A DNA stretch of 64,000 nt from Kiritimatiellia bacterium (GCA_040767085.1 JAXGPF010000014.1:32001-96000), one strand, 5' to 3'. Positions 1-9,541 are shown, counted from the stretch's first letter. The notes: a model not told the origin generated them from the sequence alone. A program made the numbers and translations.

Positions 1-445
1 GTTCAAGATGTCACGGTTCGCGAAGATCAAGACCATAGATGGATTGATCCGGGCTGAGTTGCGCGAAAACAATCAGATTGCTGGACCTTCCGACGCTGTT
101 GAAGAGGTCTTGATGTTCCTCCGGAGATGGGGGGAATTTCATTTTCCAAGATACCTTGGTGCATTGGACAAGATCCAACGAAGCGTGTTTGAGCGAGCCG
201 GCCATCAAGGTGGAAACTACGAACCCTACTGTGCGGCAGTGAAGCAACTCTTCATGCCCTTGTCCGCAACGGTGTTGGAGGAGTATGGAATCCCATACCA
301 ACTGTCCATGAAACTCGAAGAGCGTCTTCCGCTTGGAGATGACGTGGACACTATTCTGAGCAATTTGCCGAGAGTCGATGTTGCCAGCCTGAAGATGTCA
401 GGATTTGAACGAGACATGCTCAATGATGCGCTGAACAATTTGTGA
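1..445 (+). CDS. C-terminal part of a protein running in from outside the window; possibly an SF2 (HamB/Ski2-like) helicase tail
   Basis: Frame is open from the window edge; ends 13 bp before hsdR. FPRYL...Y...LEEYGIP pattern recalls C-termini of defence-associated DEAD/DEAH helicases, but no helicase motifs are inside the window. Confidence 0.35.
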   Translation, partial: FKMSRFAKIKTIDGLIRAELRENNQIAGPSDAVEEVLMFLRRWGEFHFPRYLGALDKIQRSVFERAGHQGGNYEPYCAAVKQLFMPLSATVLEEYGIPYQLSMKLEERLPLGDDVDTILSNLPRVDVASLKMSGFERDMLNDALNNL

Positions 446-458
446 GAAGTCGCTCAGA

Positions 459-3400
459 ATGAAGACAACAACAGAGCACGCGTTTGAAACCCACGTGGAG
501 GAACTTCTCCTCGGACAGTCGGGCTGGAAATCCGGCACGAATGCCGAGTGGGATAAGGAGCGGGCGCTGTTCCCAGCGCGTATCTTCGCCTTTCTGCAAG
601 ACACACAGGCGAAGTTGTGGGAGGAGATGCGTGGACTTCACGGCCCCGGTCTTGAGTCCATGCTCATCGCGGCGCTGGTTAAGGAACTCGACATTAAGGG
701 CATGCTGCATGTGCTTCGGCACGGCTTCAAGTTCTACGGCAAGACGTTTCGGTCGGCATATTTCAAACCGGCGCACGGGCTGAATTACGAGATCATTGAC
801 CTATTCAATAAGAATCAACTTACGATTACCCGCCAGACACCCTGCCATCCGGCCGACAATTCCACTGTGGACATGGTGTTTGCCGTCAACGGTATGCCGG
901 TCGCCACATGTGAATTGAAGAATCCCGGAACTGGCCAGAGTTGGCGCAAGGCGGTCAATCAGTACCGCGAGGATCGCGATCCGCGCGCGCCGTTGTTCCA
1001 GTTCAAGAACAGGGCTTTAGTTCACTTCGCCGCCGACCCGGACGAAGTCCACATGACCACGCGACTGGCGAATGAGCGGTCGCACTTCCTACCCTTCAAC
1101 AGGGGGAGTCATCCGGGCGAAATCCAGTGTGGCGCGGGCAATCCGCTGCATCCATCCGGCTATCGGACGGGCTATTTCTGGGAGGATGTCCTTCAGCGTG
1201 ACAGTTTCTTGGACATTCTCGGTCACTTCATGTTCGTCGAGAAACGCGATCAGAAGAAAGATGATGGCAAGGGCGGAAAGATTCGGGTGACAACGGAGAC
1301 GGTCATCTTTCCGCGTTACCACCAACTCGACGCCGTGCGAAAACTCGTGGCAACCGCCCGCAGAGAAGGCGCTGGCCGCAACTATCTCATTCAACATTCG
1401 GCGGGAAGCGGGAAGACCAACAGTATTTCCTGGCTTTCACACCGATTGGCGAGTCTGCACAACGAAAAAGACGAGAAGACGTATGATTGCGTCGTCGTCA
1501 TTACGGACCGCCGCATCCTCGACCAGCAGTTGCAGGACGCCATCTATCAGATTGAGCACTCACAGGGCGTGGTAAAGGCGATTGATCAGGACGCCAAGCA
1601 ACTCGCGGCGGCGCTGATTGACGGCACGAAGATCGTCATTACCACCTTGCAGAAGTTCCCGTTCGTGTTGCGCGGTCTGTTGCACACCGCTGGTGCCGAG
1701 AACCAAGATCAGGCAACCGACGATGAGAAACGGCAGGCTAAGGAATGGGAAGCCGCCATCGCCGCCCGAAAGTACGCGGTGATCGTGGACGAGGCTCATT
1801 CCAGCCAGACCGGCGAGACAGCGCGGGAACTGAAAGCCATTCTCGGAGCGAACGCTGCGCCAGAACCGGAAGACGCCGAACCGGACTGGGAAGACCGCTT
1901 GAACCAGATCATGCAGTCGCGGGGGCGGCAACCCAATCTGAGCTTCTTCGCGTTCACCGCCACGCCCAAGGGGAAGACCCTTGAATTATTCGGCCGGCCC
2001 GGAGCCAATGGCACACCGGAGGCTTTTCACGCCTACAGTATGCGGCAGGCTATCGAGGAGGAGTTCATTCTGGACGTACTTCAGAACTACACCTCGTATG
2101 ACACGTATTTCCGGCTCGTCAAGGCGGTGGAGGAGGACCCGAATGTCCCGAAGCACAAGGCGGCGCGTGCACTGGCGAAGTTCATGAGTCTGCATCCGCA
2201 CAACATTGAGCAGAAGACCGAGGTTATGGTTGAACACTTCCGGCTACATGTGAAGAACCAGATTGGCGGGCGGGCCAAGGCCATGGTAGTGACTTCATCC
2301 CGCCTGCACGCAGTGCGCTACAAACTGGCGTTTGAGCGCTACATTGCCGCGAACGGCTATACCGACGTGAGGCCCCTGGTGGCGTTCAGCGGAACAGTCA
2401 AAGACCCGGAGACCGGCCTTGAGTACACAGAACCGAGCATGAATCCAGATGTTGTGACCGGCAAACCGATCAGCGAGTCGCAGTTGCCGGATCGCTTAGA
2501 CTCCCCCGACTACCAGGTCTTGCTGGTCGCCAACAAGTACCAGACCGGTTACGACCAACCTTTGCTTCACACCATGTACGTGGATAAACGATTGGACGGC
2601 GTCCAGGCCGTGCAGACTCTATCCCGTCTGAATCGGAAGATTCCCGGCAAAAGCGAACCGTTCATACTCGATTTTGTAAACTCACCCGAAGACATCTACC
2701 GCGCGTTCAAACCGTACTACGACGCCACGAGTCTTCAGGAGGCATCCGATCCTTCCAAGCTGGAGACATTGAAACACGAACTGGACCAAGCCCAAGTCTA
2801 CTTCTGGAGCGAGGTGGAGGCGTTCGCGCAAATCTTCTATCGCCCTTTGGAGAAACAGAATGCCGGCGACCATGCCCGCATGCAGCAACACCTGCAACCG
2901 GCAGTGGACCGTTTCAAGGCAATCCCGGAAGAGGAGACGCGGACAGCATTCAGGGAGAAGTTGAGCGGTTATGTTCAGATTTACGCATTCCTGAGCCAAG
3001 TTGTCCCCTATGTGGACTCTGAACAGGAAATGCTCTACAGTTACGGCCGCTTCCTGCTTCCGCACCTGCCGCTTGAGCGAGACACCACGGTCTTGAAACT
3101 CGGGGATGAAGTCGGCCTCCAATACTACCGGCTGGAACGCGTGTCATCCGGCGCAATTCAAGTCCGCGAGGGGCCGCCTGAAGGCGTAAAGAGCCCGACG
3201 GATGTCGGCACCGGCAAGGCAAAGGACGAGAAGGTCCCGTTATCCGAAATTATCCAGGTACTCAACGACCGTTTTGGAACCAACTTCACCGAAGAAGACC
3301 GGTTGTTCTTTGAGCAGATCAAAGAAAAGGCGATCAAGAACGAGAAGGTCATCCGGACGGCCCGTGCCAATCCGCTCGATAAGTTCCAACTTGGCATCCG

Positions 3401-3569
3401 CAAACTGATCGAAGACCTCATGATTCAACGCATGGCCGACAACGACAAGATCGTAACGCGATACATGGACGATCAGGAGTTCCAGAACTCTGCCTTCCCG
3501 ATTCTCGCGAAGGAGATATTCGAGTCTATCCATGCGGGAGACGAATCGGAAACGACTACGCCAGGCTAG
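459..3569 (+). CDS. hsdR: Type I restriction-modification endonuclease subunit R
   Basis: Nuclease motif VDMVFAVNGMPVATCELKNP, Walker A IQHSAGSGKT, DEAHSSQ, FTATPK, KYQTGYDQP, QTLSRLNR; 1036 aa. Confidence 0.96.
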   Translation: MKTTTEHAFETHVEELLLGQSGWKSGTNAEWDKERALFPARIFAFLQDTQAKLWEEMRGLHGPGLESMLIAALVKELDIKGMLHVLRHGFKFYGKTFRSAYFKPAHGLNYEIIDLFNKNQLTITRQTPCHPADNSTVDMVFAVNGMPVATCELKNPGTGQSWRKAVNQYREDRDPRAPLFQFKNRALVHFAADPDEVHMTTRLANERSHFLPFNRGSHPGEIQCGAGNPLHPSGYRTGYFWEDVLQRDSFLDILGHFMFVEKRDQKKDDGKGGKIRVTTETVIFPRYHQLDAVRKLVATARREGAGRNYLIQHSAGSGKTNSISWLSHRLASLHNEKDEKTYDCVVVITDRRILDQQLQDAIYQIEHSQGVVKAIDQDAKQLAAALIDGTKIVITTLQKFPFVLRGLLHTAGAENQDQATDDEKRQAKEWEAAIAARKYAVIVDEAHSSQTGETARELKAILGANAAPEPEDAEPDWEDRLNQIMQSRGRQPNLSFFAFTATPKGKTLELFGRPGANGTPEAFHAYSMRQAIEEEFILDVLQNYTSYDTYFRLVKAVEEDPNVPKHKAARALAKFMSLHPHNIEQKTEVMVEHFRLHVKNQIGGRAKAMVVTSSRLHAVRYKLAFERYIAANGYTDVRPLVAFSGTVKDPETGLEYTEPSMNPDVVTGKPISESQLPDRLDSPDYQVLLVANKYQTGYDQPLLHTMYVDKRLDGVQAVQTLSRLNRKIPGKSEPFILDFVNSPEDIYRAFKPYYDATSLQEASDPSKLETLKHELDQAQVYFWSEVEAFAQIFYRPLEKQNAGDHARMQQHLQPAVDRFKAIPEEETRTAFREKLSGYVQIYAFLSQVVPYVDSEQEMLYSYGRFLLPHLPLERDTTVLKLGDEVGLQYYRLERVSSGAIQVREGPPEGVKSPTDVGTGKAKDEKVPLSEIIQVLNDRFGTNFTEEDRLFFEQIKEKAIKNEKVIRTARANPLDKFQLGIRKLIEDLMIQRMADNDKIVTRYMDDQEFQNSAFPILAKEIFESIHAGDESETTTPG

Positions 3570-3621
3570 ATAAGTAGATAATAATAGATAAGGGTCAAAA
3601 ACACCCAGGGTCAGACCTAAA

Positions 3622-3749
3622 GGGCGTGTTGCCCAAACCGGAGCCGCCCTCACCGCGGGCGGCTACAGTCGGAAAATTAGCGTTTCTTTACTATAAGCCG
3701 CGTTCGGTAACCGCGGATTCTTTATGTTGTGGATTTGGGCAACACGCCC
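3622..3749. mobile_element. 128-bp MITE-like element
   Basis: Perfect 16-bp terminal inverted repeats GGGCGTGTTGCCCAAA (3622-3637 / 3734-3749), TAAA direct repeats on both sides (3618-3621, 3750-3753), no ORF. Confidence 0.7.
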
Positions 3750-3822
3750 TAAATAAGTAACAAATACTTGATAAGAATTACGGATTATCTTGGTATCCTG
3801 GCATGGTTAGGCACAAATCTGC

Positions 3823-4743
3823 TTAGATTGCCTTCTTGAAAAGTTCAAAACGTTCTTCCAGGGCCGCCTGATCTGGTTTTAACTGATCTGGTTTAGGAAC
3901 CATGATTGTTTGGCCGTGAAAGCCCTGCAGTCCATGCTTCAGCATCGGGCCGTCAGTTTCATTGAGAACGTCTTTTCGAACTTCGATGATGTAATCAGGG
4001 CGTATCCCTAAGATTTGCCGGTCAAAAGCTCCGTGGTGCAGGCTGCAAAGAGCCAAACCATTTGAAACCAAAGGTAATCCTTTCGGATGACTGTCCGGAA
4101 GAATATGGGCAGCTTCAAGTAGCTCCTGATGCTTTAAGCGGCATATAGCACAGCGTTCGTGGTAAGCCAGCAAAACACGTATCCGGAATGACTGCTGGTG
4201 CATTCGTTGCCTGGCCTCAATGGTCTTGTAAAGGCGGCGGCCGAAAATATCCTGCTCAGCTACACCGGCGGGAGTTATTCCAACCTTGGCTTCATCGACG
4301 GCCACGGAGAAACTTAATTTATCCGGTTCATCATTGACAATGAACACGGGCCAGAAAGGCTGATACAAACCTTTCACAACACCAAACAAATATATAAGCG
4401 GTATCTTATGCTGCATCGCCAGTCTGAGTCCTACGTTATCCCTATGGCTGGGATCGGTGCCACGGTATCGGTAGCACAACAGATCATTATAATCGAATCC
4501 ATCCTCATAAGGACGTGCCTTGCCTTCGACTTCAGGTGCTGTCGTGATGGATAGCGGTAATTCTAAGACGGCTGGTTTGAAAATGCCCTGGGGTCCAATC
4601 AACGGCACCCGCCGGCCTTGAAACTCGAAGCCTTTAGCAAGCAGCGCCCTGGGTAGGACATCCCCATGAAACTGGGTAGCATTACGCAGGAAATCGAAAG
4701 CTGCATTTCGCACCTGAATATCGATGGATGATGCGCTGTTCAT
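3823..4743 (-). CDS. HNH endonuclease with N-terminal SRA-like domain (putative modification-dependent restriction enzyme)
   Basis: C-terminal CAIC...LEAAHI...NGLALCSLHHGAFD HNH motif; N-terminal PYEDGF...YRYRG...DNVGLRLAM...PLIYLFG resembles the SRA-fold pattern. Confidence 0.8.
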   Translation of the reverse strand: MNSASSIDIQVRNAAFDFLRNATQFHGDVLPRALLAKGFEFQGRRVPLIGPQGIFKPAVLELPLSITTAPEVEGKARPYEDGFDYNDLLCYRYRGTDPSHRDNVGLRLAMQHKIPLIYLFGVVKGLYQPFWPVFIVNDEPDKLSFSVAVDEAKVGITPAGVAEQDIFGRRLYKTIEARQRMHQQSFRIRVLLAYHERCAICRLKHQELLEAAHILPDSHPKGLPLVSNGLALCSLHHGAFDRQILGIRPDYIIEVRKDVLNETDGPMLKHGLQGFHGQTIMVPKPDQLKPDQAALEERFELFKKAI

Positions 4744-4816
4744 CGTTCATCTACAGCTAATATTATTGCCTATCTATAAGACATAGTAATGCATGCATTC
4801 TGGCACTGCTCGCCGC

Positions 4817-5632
4817 CTACCTGGCCGCCTTCGCTTGGTTTTCCATGGCTATCACATAGCGCTTGAGGTGATATGTTATCAGATGGACGTCCGCGTCGTC
4901 GATCTGGGCGTGCCGTTTAGCCATCGCCTTGGTGAAGGACAGATGGTTCATCAACCACACCTCGGGCCAATCGACGGTTGCCTTTACGAACCAGCCAGGA
5001 TACAGCACCACGGGCTGGACTTTGAATTCCTTGCCGGTGCTGGACTCTATGAGGTCGCGCAGCCATCGGGCTTCTGACAGGGCTTGGATCACGGGGTCAC
5101 GGTCGGGCTGGAAGCCGTTAACCTTTACCTTTTCGCCATCGTACGTGACCATGCACGGCCCATTAACGGGCTTGCTGTGGGTCTTGGTCTCGATGGCATA
5201 GATCCCGCCAGGGCCGACCAGCACGTGGTCCACGTTGAAGCTGTCGGAATGGATGTCATGCAGCACCTGATACCCGGCCGGGCGCAGCTTTTCCTCCAGG
5301 TACTGACCAACAGCCTCTTCGCCGATTTGCCCCAGGTGGAGCGACTTTATTTTCTTTTTCGTCCGCCACAGCTTCACCCCGGCTAACGTGACGGTCAAGG
5401 CGGCCATTATGGTGTATAGCCAGGGTGATCTTTGGGGATGGAACAACACGGCGATCCACTCGAGAAAGGCGACCACGATCATGCAGAACGCGGCGAAAAT
5501 CCAAGGCACGGCCACTTCATCGAACAAGTATTCAATACGTTCCCTGATCGACTGTCCTGGCATTCGAACAGGCAGGTCTTTGATCGGGCTTTTCCTATGT
5601 CGCTTGTTTTCTGGCATAATATCAACCGTCAA
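4817..5632 (-). CDS. NERD (nuclease-related domain) protein with two N-terminal TM helices
   Basis: GEEAV...VLHDI...NVDHVLVGPGGIYAIETKT NERD motif; two hydrophobic stretches precede it. Confidence 0.85.
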   Translation of the reverse strand: MTVDIMPENKRHRKSPIKDLPVRMPGQSIRERIEYLFDEVAVPWIFAAFCMIVVAFLEWIAVLFHPQRSPWLYTIMAALTVTLAGVKLWRTKKKIKSLHLGQIGEEAVGQYLEEKLRPAGYQVLHDIHSDSFNVDHVLVGPGGIYAIETKTHSKPVNGPCMVTYDGEKVKVNGFQPDRDPVIQALSEARWLRDLIESSTGKEFKVQPVVLYPGWFVKATVDWPEVWLMNHLSFTKAMAKRHAQIDDADVHLITYHLKRYVIAMENQAKAAR

Positions 5633-5907
5633 CTTTCAATTTAATTTAGAGCACTTTTATCAGATTGGCACGGAAAGAGAAAGACAAATCAGACAGAAAT
5701 ATTGGAACGAAACAGGACTGGAAACGGGCGGCATTCAACGCCGCCGCCGACAACTTCATTTCTCCGCCTTCCATGAAAAGACGCGTCGGAGTGCGCAAAG
5801 CACATCCGCTTCAAACACCGAGGATCAGATAGCATTCAAGGCAGGTGGAGATCCGTGCGGGCGAGGTATTTTCCGGATAAACAAGGGTGATATTTGGAAA
5901 TAGGGCG

Positions 5908-8250
5908 TCATTCAAGTTGTTTTGTGATTTTAAGGGAATTAGAGGTCGGCGGGTTTAATTTTCCAACCATAATGCCGAGTATGGGGTAGGCGCAGTCAGC
6001 CTTGGGAACGCATATGTCTTTATAAGCGGGATTGGTTGAACGGAAAATCCAATAGTCGGGAGACTGGATCAGGCGTTTGACGGCATGTTCAGTGGTTAAA
6101 TCGCTCGTAATCCCCAATTCAGTAAGATTTGCGATAACGATTTGATTCGGCTTGCGCGGCGCCCGGTGATATTCAAATATTATTCTATCGCCGATATTCA
6201 GTTCCGGTTCCATCGAATTTCCGGCAATTCGCACTACAAACCGATTCCGGCCGGCCAGGCGGTCAGGCACTATGATCCATGGACATTCCGTGGCATATTT
6301 CAGGTCGGAAATATCGAAGCCGGTGTATGCCGCCCCGGCTGCCAGCGTCCCAATAACTGGTAAATATCTTACAAAAGCCTCTCCGCGTATGTCGGCGTAG
6401 TTGCGGATTTCAAATGCGCTTTCTTGCTCAACCAGCCTGGCGCCCGGCCCTGCAGCAGGCTGATTCATGTGAGATTGTGCCGGAAAGGCGTTTGAATTGG
6501 CGCGCTTGCCCCTGGCCGATGACGGCATACGGACAGCGGCGGATTGTGCCGGCGGTTCCCATCGCGGCACGCAGCGCCGGAAGGCGGTGAGTTCCACGGC
6601 TTCCACCAGGCGCGAGAAGAGCTGTATTTGCCATTTATTACGTTGCAGTGGTAAATTCCCGCAAAATCCCGTTGCTTCCCGTTCAAATCTTTCAGAAAGG
6701 GACTCCCGCAAAACTTCCCAGCATCCAATTATCTCATCCCGGCGGCGATGCAGCAGCCCATTGGACGGTAAAGCGTCGCGTTTATTGTTGTTAATTTCCG
6801 GATGGCACGGCAAAAGGTTCCAGAGGTCGTTGTTGTGCCAGAGCGCAAATGGAATGACATGGTCCATGTCAAAGCGGGACGCCCGGATAGGCCTGCCTGA
6901 CCAGACACACTCGGAAACGCCCGTTTGTTCGAACAGCAGCCGCGCATCGCGAGTTTCACGTTCAGGGTCGGATATCGAAAGCAGTTTCTCCACGATGGCG
7001 CTTAAACTTGTCGCGCCCCTGGACAGGCGTTCCGTCAATTCCGCCCAGCGCAATATTGTTGCGTCCTGAATCCAGTTGCCGGTCATTGTCAGTTCGCGCC
7101 AGAGTTCAAGGGGCATGGTGACTTGCCGGGTTGTTTTATCAAAGCCGAAAACCGAGAAATCCGCACCGCCGCCCGCATAACGCACCGGCATATTCCAGAT
7201 CGTGCTTTCAATTTTCCGTATCGCCATGCGATAATATTCTTGCACATCAGCCGGCAAACCGTTGTTCTTGAGCGCGACCAGGAAGGCCGGCAATCCGCCG
7301 CCCTCACTGAAGGAATTGATCACTTTGCCTATCGGGGCGCGAATGGCAATTGGTTTTGAGCCATCCTGTGTTTCCCCGTATTTCTGGGCGATGAATTTTT
7401 CCGAAGCAATCAGCGGCCAGTAATAGACCAGCCACCGTTCGGCCAGCGTCCGTATGGGGATCCCGACCTGGCCGGGCAGGTCGTAAGTGGCGAGGTTATA
7501 CTGCGTCTGGGCAATCTCCGACAATGCGCGAAACAAGGCGAGTTTATATGTGGCGTCTTTCTTGTCGCGATTCAAGATGCTCTCAACCAAATCCAGCGGC
7601 CGGCCGGCATCATCGCCAAACCTCTGGAAAAGAAACGTGGCCCAAAATGTTCCCGGCCGGTCTTGGGCGTCGGCGGTTTCTTTTTCCCATAACAAGCGAA
7701 ACCCAACCCGTTCCAGGAGGAGCTTCAATTTTGCCGGCGGCAGATCGGCAAAGTAGCGATCATGCGGATCCCGCCGGGTTTTGGGGTCAATGTCAGGTCG
7801 GCGGGCGGGAATTGAAAGCAATAGGCGTCCGCCTGGCCGCAAGACGCGGCGCATGCCGTAGATTGCATCGAACAGATATTCTTCCGGCAGGTGCATCAAA
7901 ACCGCCGAACACAACAAACCATCAAACGAGGAATCGCTGCATGATTTCAATTCCGGCAAGCAGTCCAGCGCGAGGGATCCTTCGGCAGCGAACCCCGCCG
8001 TTCGGCAAGTCTGCGCTGCGATATCAAGCATTGCCTGGCAGGCATCGATCCCGGCAACGTCATGGCCAAGCTGCCGCAACCGCGCGAGGTCCCGGCCTGA
8101 TCCACAGCCGATGTCCAGAATCTTCCCAAACCCATTGAACGCATCTGCAAAATAATCAGAAACACCACCATTTACCGACAGATAGCGGCCGGCCAGCTGC
8201 TGGCTATGGGTGGAGTAATAGTTAAGGGTCTGGGCGTCCAGGTGATCCAT
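5908..8250 (-). CDS. Fusion of class I SAM methyltransferase, helical domain, HNH nuclease and S24 (LexA/UmuD-like) peptidase
   Basis: ILDIGCGSGRD and VLRPGG (MTase); CVWSG...DMDHVIPF...LWNLLPC...NNNKRD (HNH); LPVIGTLAAG, GNSMEP and AVKRL (S24). Confidence 0.85.
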   Translation of the reverse strand: MDHLDAQTLNYYSTHSQQLAGRYLSVNGGVSDYFADAFNGFGKILDIGCGSGRDLARLRQLGHDVAGIDACQAMLDIAAQTCRTAGFAAEGSLALDCLPELKSCSDSSFDGLLCSAVLMHLPEEYLFDAIYGMRRVLRPGGRLLLSIPARRPDIDPKTRRDPHDRYFADLPPAKLKLLLERVGFRLLWEKETADAQDRPGTFWATFLFQRFGDDAGRPLDLVESILNRDKKDATYKLALFRALSEIAQTQYNLATYDLPGQVGIPIRTLAERWLVYYWPLIASEKFIAQKYGETQDGSKPIAIRAPIGKVINSFSEGGGLPAFLVALKNNGLPADVQEYYRMAIRKIESTIWNMPVRYAGGGADFSVFGFDKTTRQVTMPLELWRELTMTGNWIQDATILRWAELTERLSRGATSLSAIVEKLLSISDPERETRDARLLFEQTGVSECVWSGRPIRASRFDMDHVIPFALWHNNDLWNLLPCHPEINNNKRDALPSNGLLHRRRDEIIGCWEVLRESLSERFEREATGFCGNLPLQRNKWQIQLFSRLVEAVELTAFRRCVPRWEPPAQSAAVRMPSSARGKRANSNAFPAQSHMNQPAAGPGARLVEQESAFEIRNYADIRGEAFVRYLPVIGTLAAGAAYTGFDISDLKYATECPWIIVPDRLAGRNRFVVRIAGNSMEPELNIGDRIIFEYHRAPRKPNQIVIANLTELGITSDLTTEHAVKRLIQSPDYWIFRSTNPAYKDICVPKADCAYPILGIMVGKLNPPTSNSLKITKQLE

Positions 8251-8572
8251 GGTTCAGTATCGCACTTTAGAGCAAAATGCTTGTGCTGATTTTCAGGATA
8301 AGTCAATCCAGAGCAAACGGCAATAAAATTAATTCCAAACGCCGTAACTCTTTAAAAATGTCCCCCTGACCGAGGGTCTGGCCGAGGGGAGGGGCCACAA
8401 CACCCAGGGTCGGCCCTGAAATTAAAAGTTAATTGTTTTGCTATCCGGACCATGCTCCAGGGAATGGCGGCCAAGGCGCTGGCCGCGCTGGCGGTGCGGG
8501 CCAGGCGGTCAAGGGACTGACCGCCCTACCAAAATTCTCAATTGCCGAGACAATTGAGAAGAAAAAGCGCAG

Positions 8573-9478
8573 TCAAGCCTGCGCACTCCAAAGCCGTTGC
8601 GCGGGCCCCATGGACTGGTCGCGATAATGCGATGGGGCGCAATGAAAATGGTGGCTGAAAACGTGGTAGAAATGCTGCAAATTGGCGAAGCCGCAATCCA
8701 TCCCGATGCGCTTGATCGGCTCGCCGGTCGACCGCAGCAGCCAGGCGGCGCGCGAAATCCTGGCCTGGAGCGTGAATTGCCGGAAATTAAGGCCCATGGT
8801 CCGGGAAAAAACATAGCGGAACCGGCTGGGGCTCAGCCCGCAATCCCGGGCCGCCTCGTTCAGGAGATAGCGCGCCGCGGGCTGGCATTTCAGGCGCTTG
8901 AGCGCGGGAACAATGCGCTGCAGGTTTTGCAACCGCGGCGCCGTTTCCGGCCGGCCGGCCGGGCTCTGCCAGTTGGCGATCATTAGCAGCAGCAACTCGT
9001 GGATCTTCAGCCAGAGGAGCGATTGTTGGCCACGCGCCGGCGGGTGCGTTCTTGCGGTTTGAAAAATCATTTCTCCGATCCGGACAACCTGCTGGCGGAG
9101 AGCGGGCGAGCTGGCGCGCGGCCGTTCGGCGGGAGACGCGAAAAACGGCGCCAGCCAGTCCACTTCCCCGAAGGGCGCGGCATGGCCGATGAATTCCGGC
9201 GAAATGGTGATGACAATGCGTTTGGCCGGCTTGGTCAGCCGGGTGGCGTGCGGCTCCCAGCAGGAGGTCAGCCAGAATTGCCCCGGTCCCGCGCTCAGGC
9301 GGTGGTTCGGGTAAGCAATTTCCTCGCACCCGCGCAAGACAACGCCGATTTGCAGATCATAATGGCTGTCCGCGGAAAATGCGGGGGTTGGCTGCCGGTA
9401 TTTTACGCAGCGGACATTGAACGGATTGGCGGCGTCCAGGTGATGATCAAATCGGACGGCATGCGTCAAGGTATCCAT
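8573..9478 (-). CDS. AraC family transcriptional regulator
   Basis: N-terminal cupin-like region; C-terminal double HTH (AARDCGLSPSRFRYVF...IGMDCGFANLQHFYHVF...PSHYR). Confidence 0.9.
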   Translation of the reverse strand: MDTLTHAVRFDHHLDAANPFNVRCVKYRQPTPAFSADSHYDLQIGVVLRGCEEIAYPNHRLSAGPGQFWLTSCWEPHATRLTKPAKRIVITISPEFIGHAAPFGEVDWLAPFFASPAERPRASSPALRQQVVRIGEMIFQTARTHPPARGQQSLLWLKIHELLLLMIANWQSPAGRPETAPRLQNLQRIVPALKRLKCQPAARYLLNEAARDCGLSPSRFRYVFSRTMGLNFRQFTLQARISRAAWLLRSTGEPIKRIGMDCGFANLQHFYHVFSHHFHCAPSHYRDQSMGPAQRLWSAQA

Positions 9479-9541
9479 CGGCGGAGCCTCGCAAAAAGCC
9501 CGGCGTTAGAGTTGTTTCCAAAAGTCAGGTGTCGCAAGCAG

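Noticed and set aside
5388-5903. 171-aa plus-strand ORF between NERD and the MTase fusion
   Set aside because: Half overlaps NERD antisense, no RBS or motif; unsupported.
5908-8250. Type II R-M fusion or Cas9/IscB-like nuclease
   Set aside because: No DNA-MTase catalytic motif (DPPY/NPPY/PC) and no RuvC motifs or guide array.
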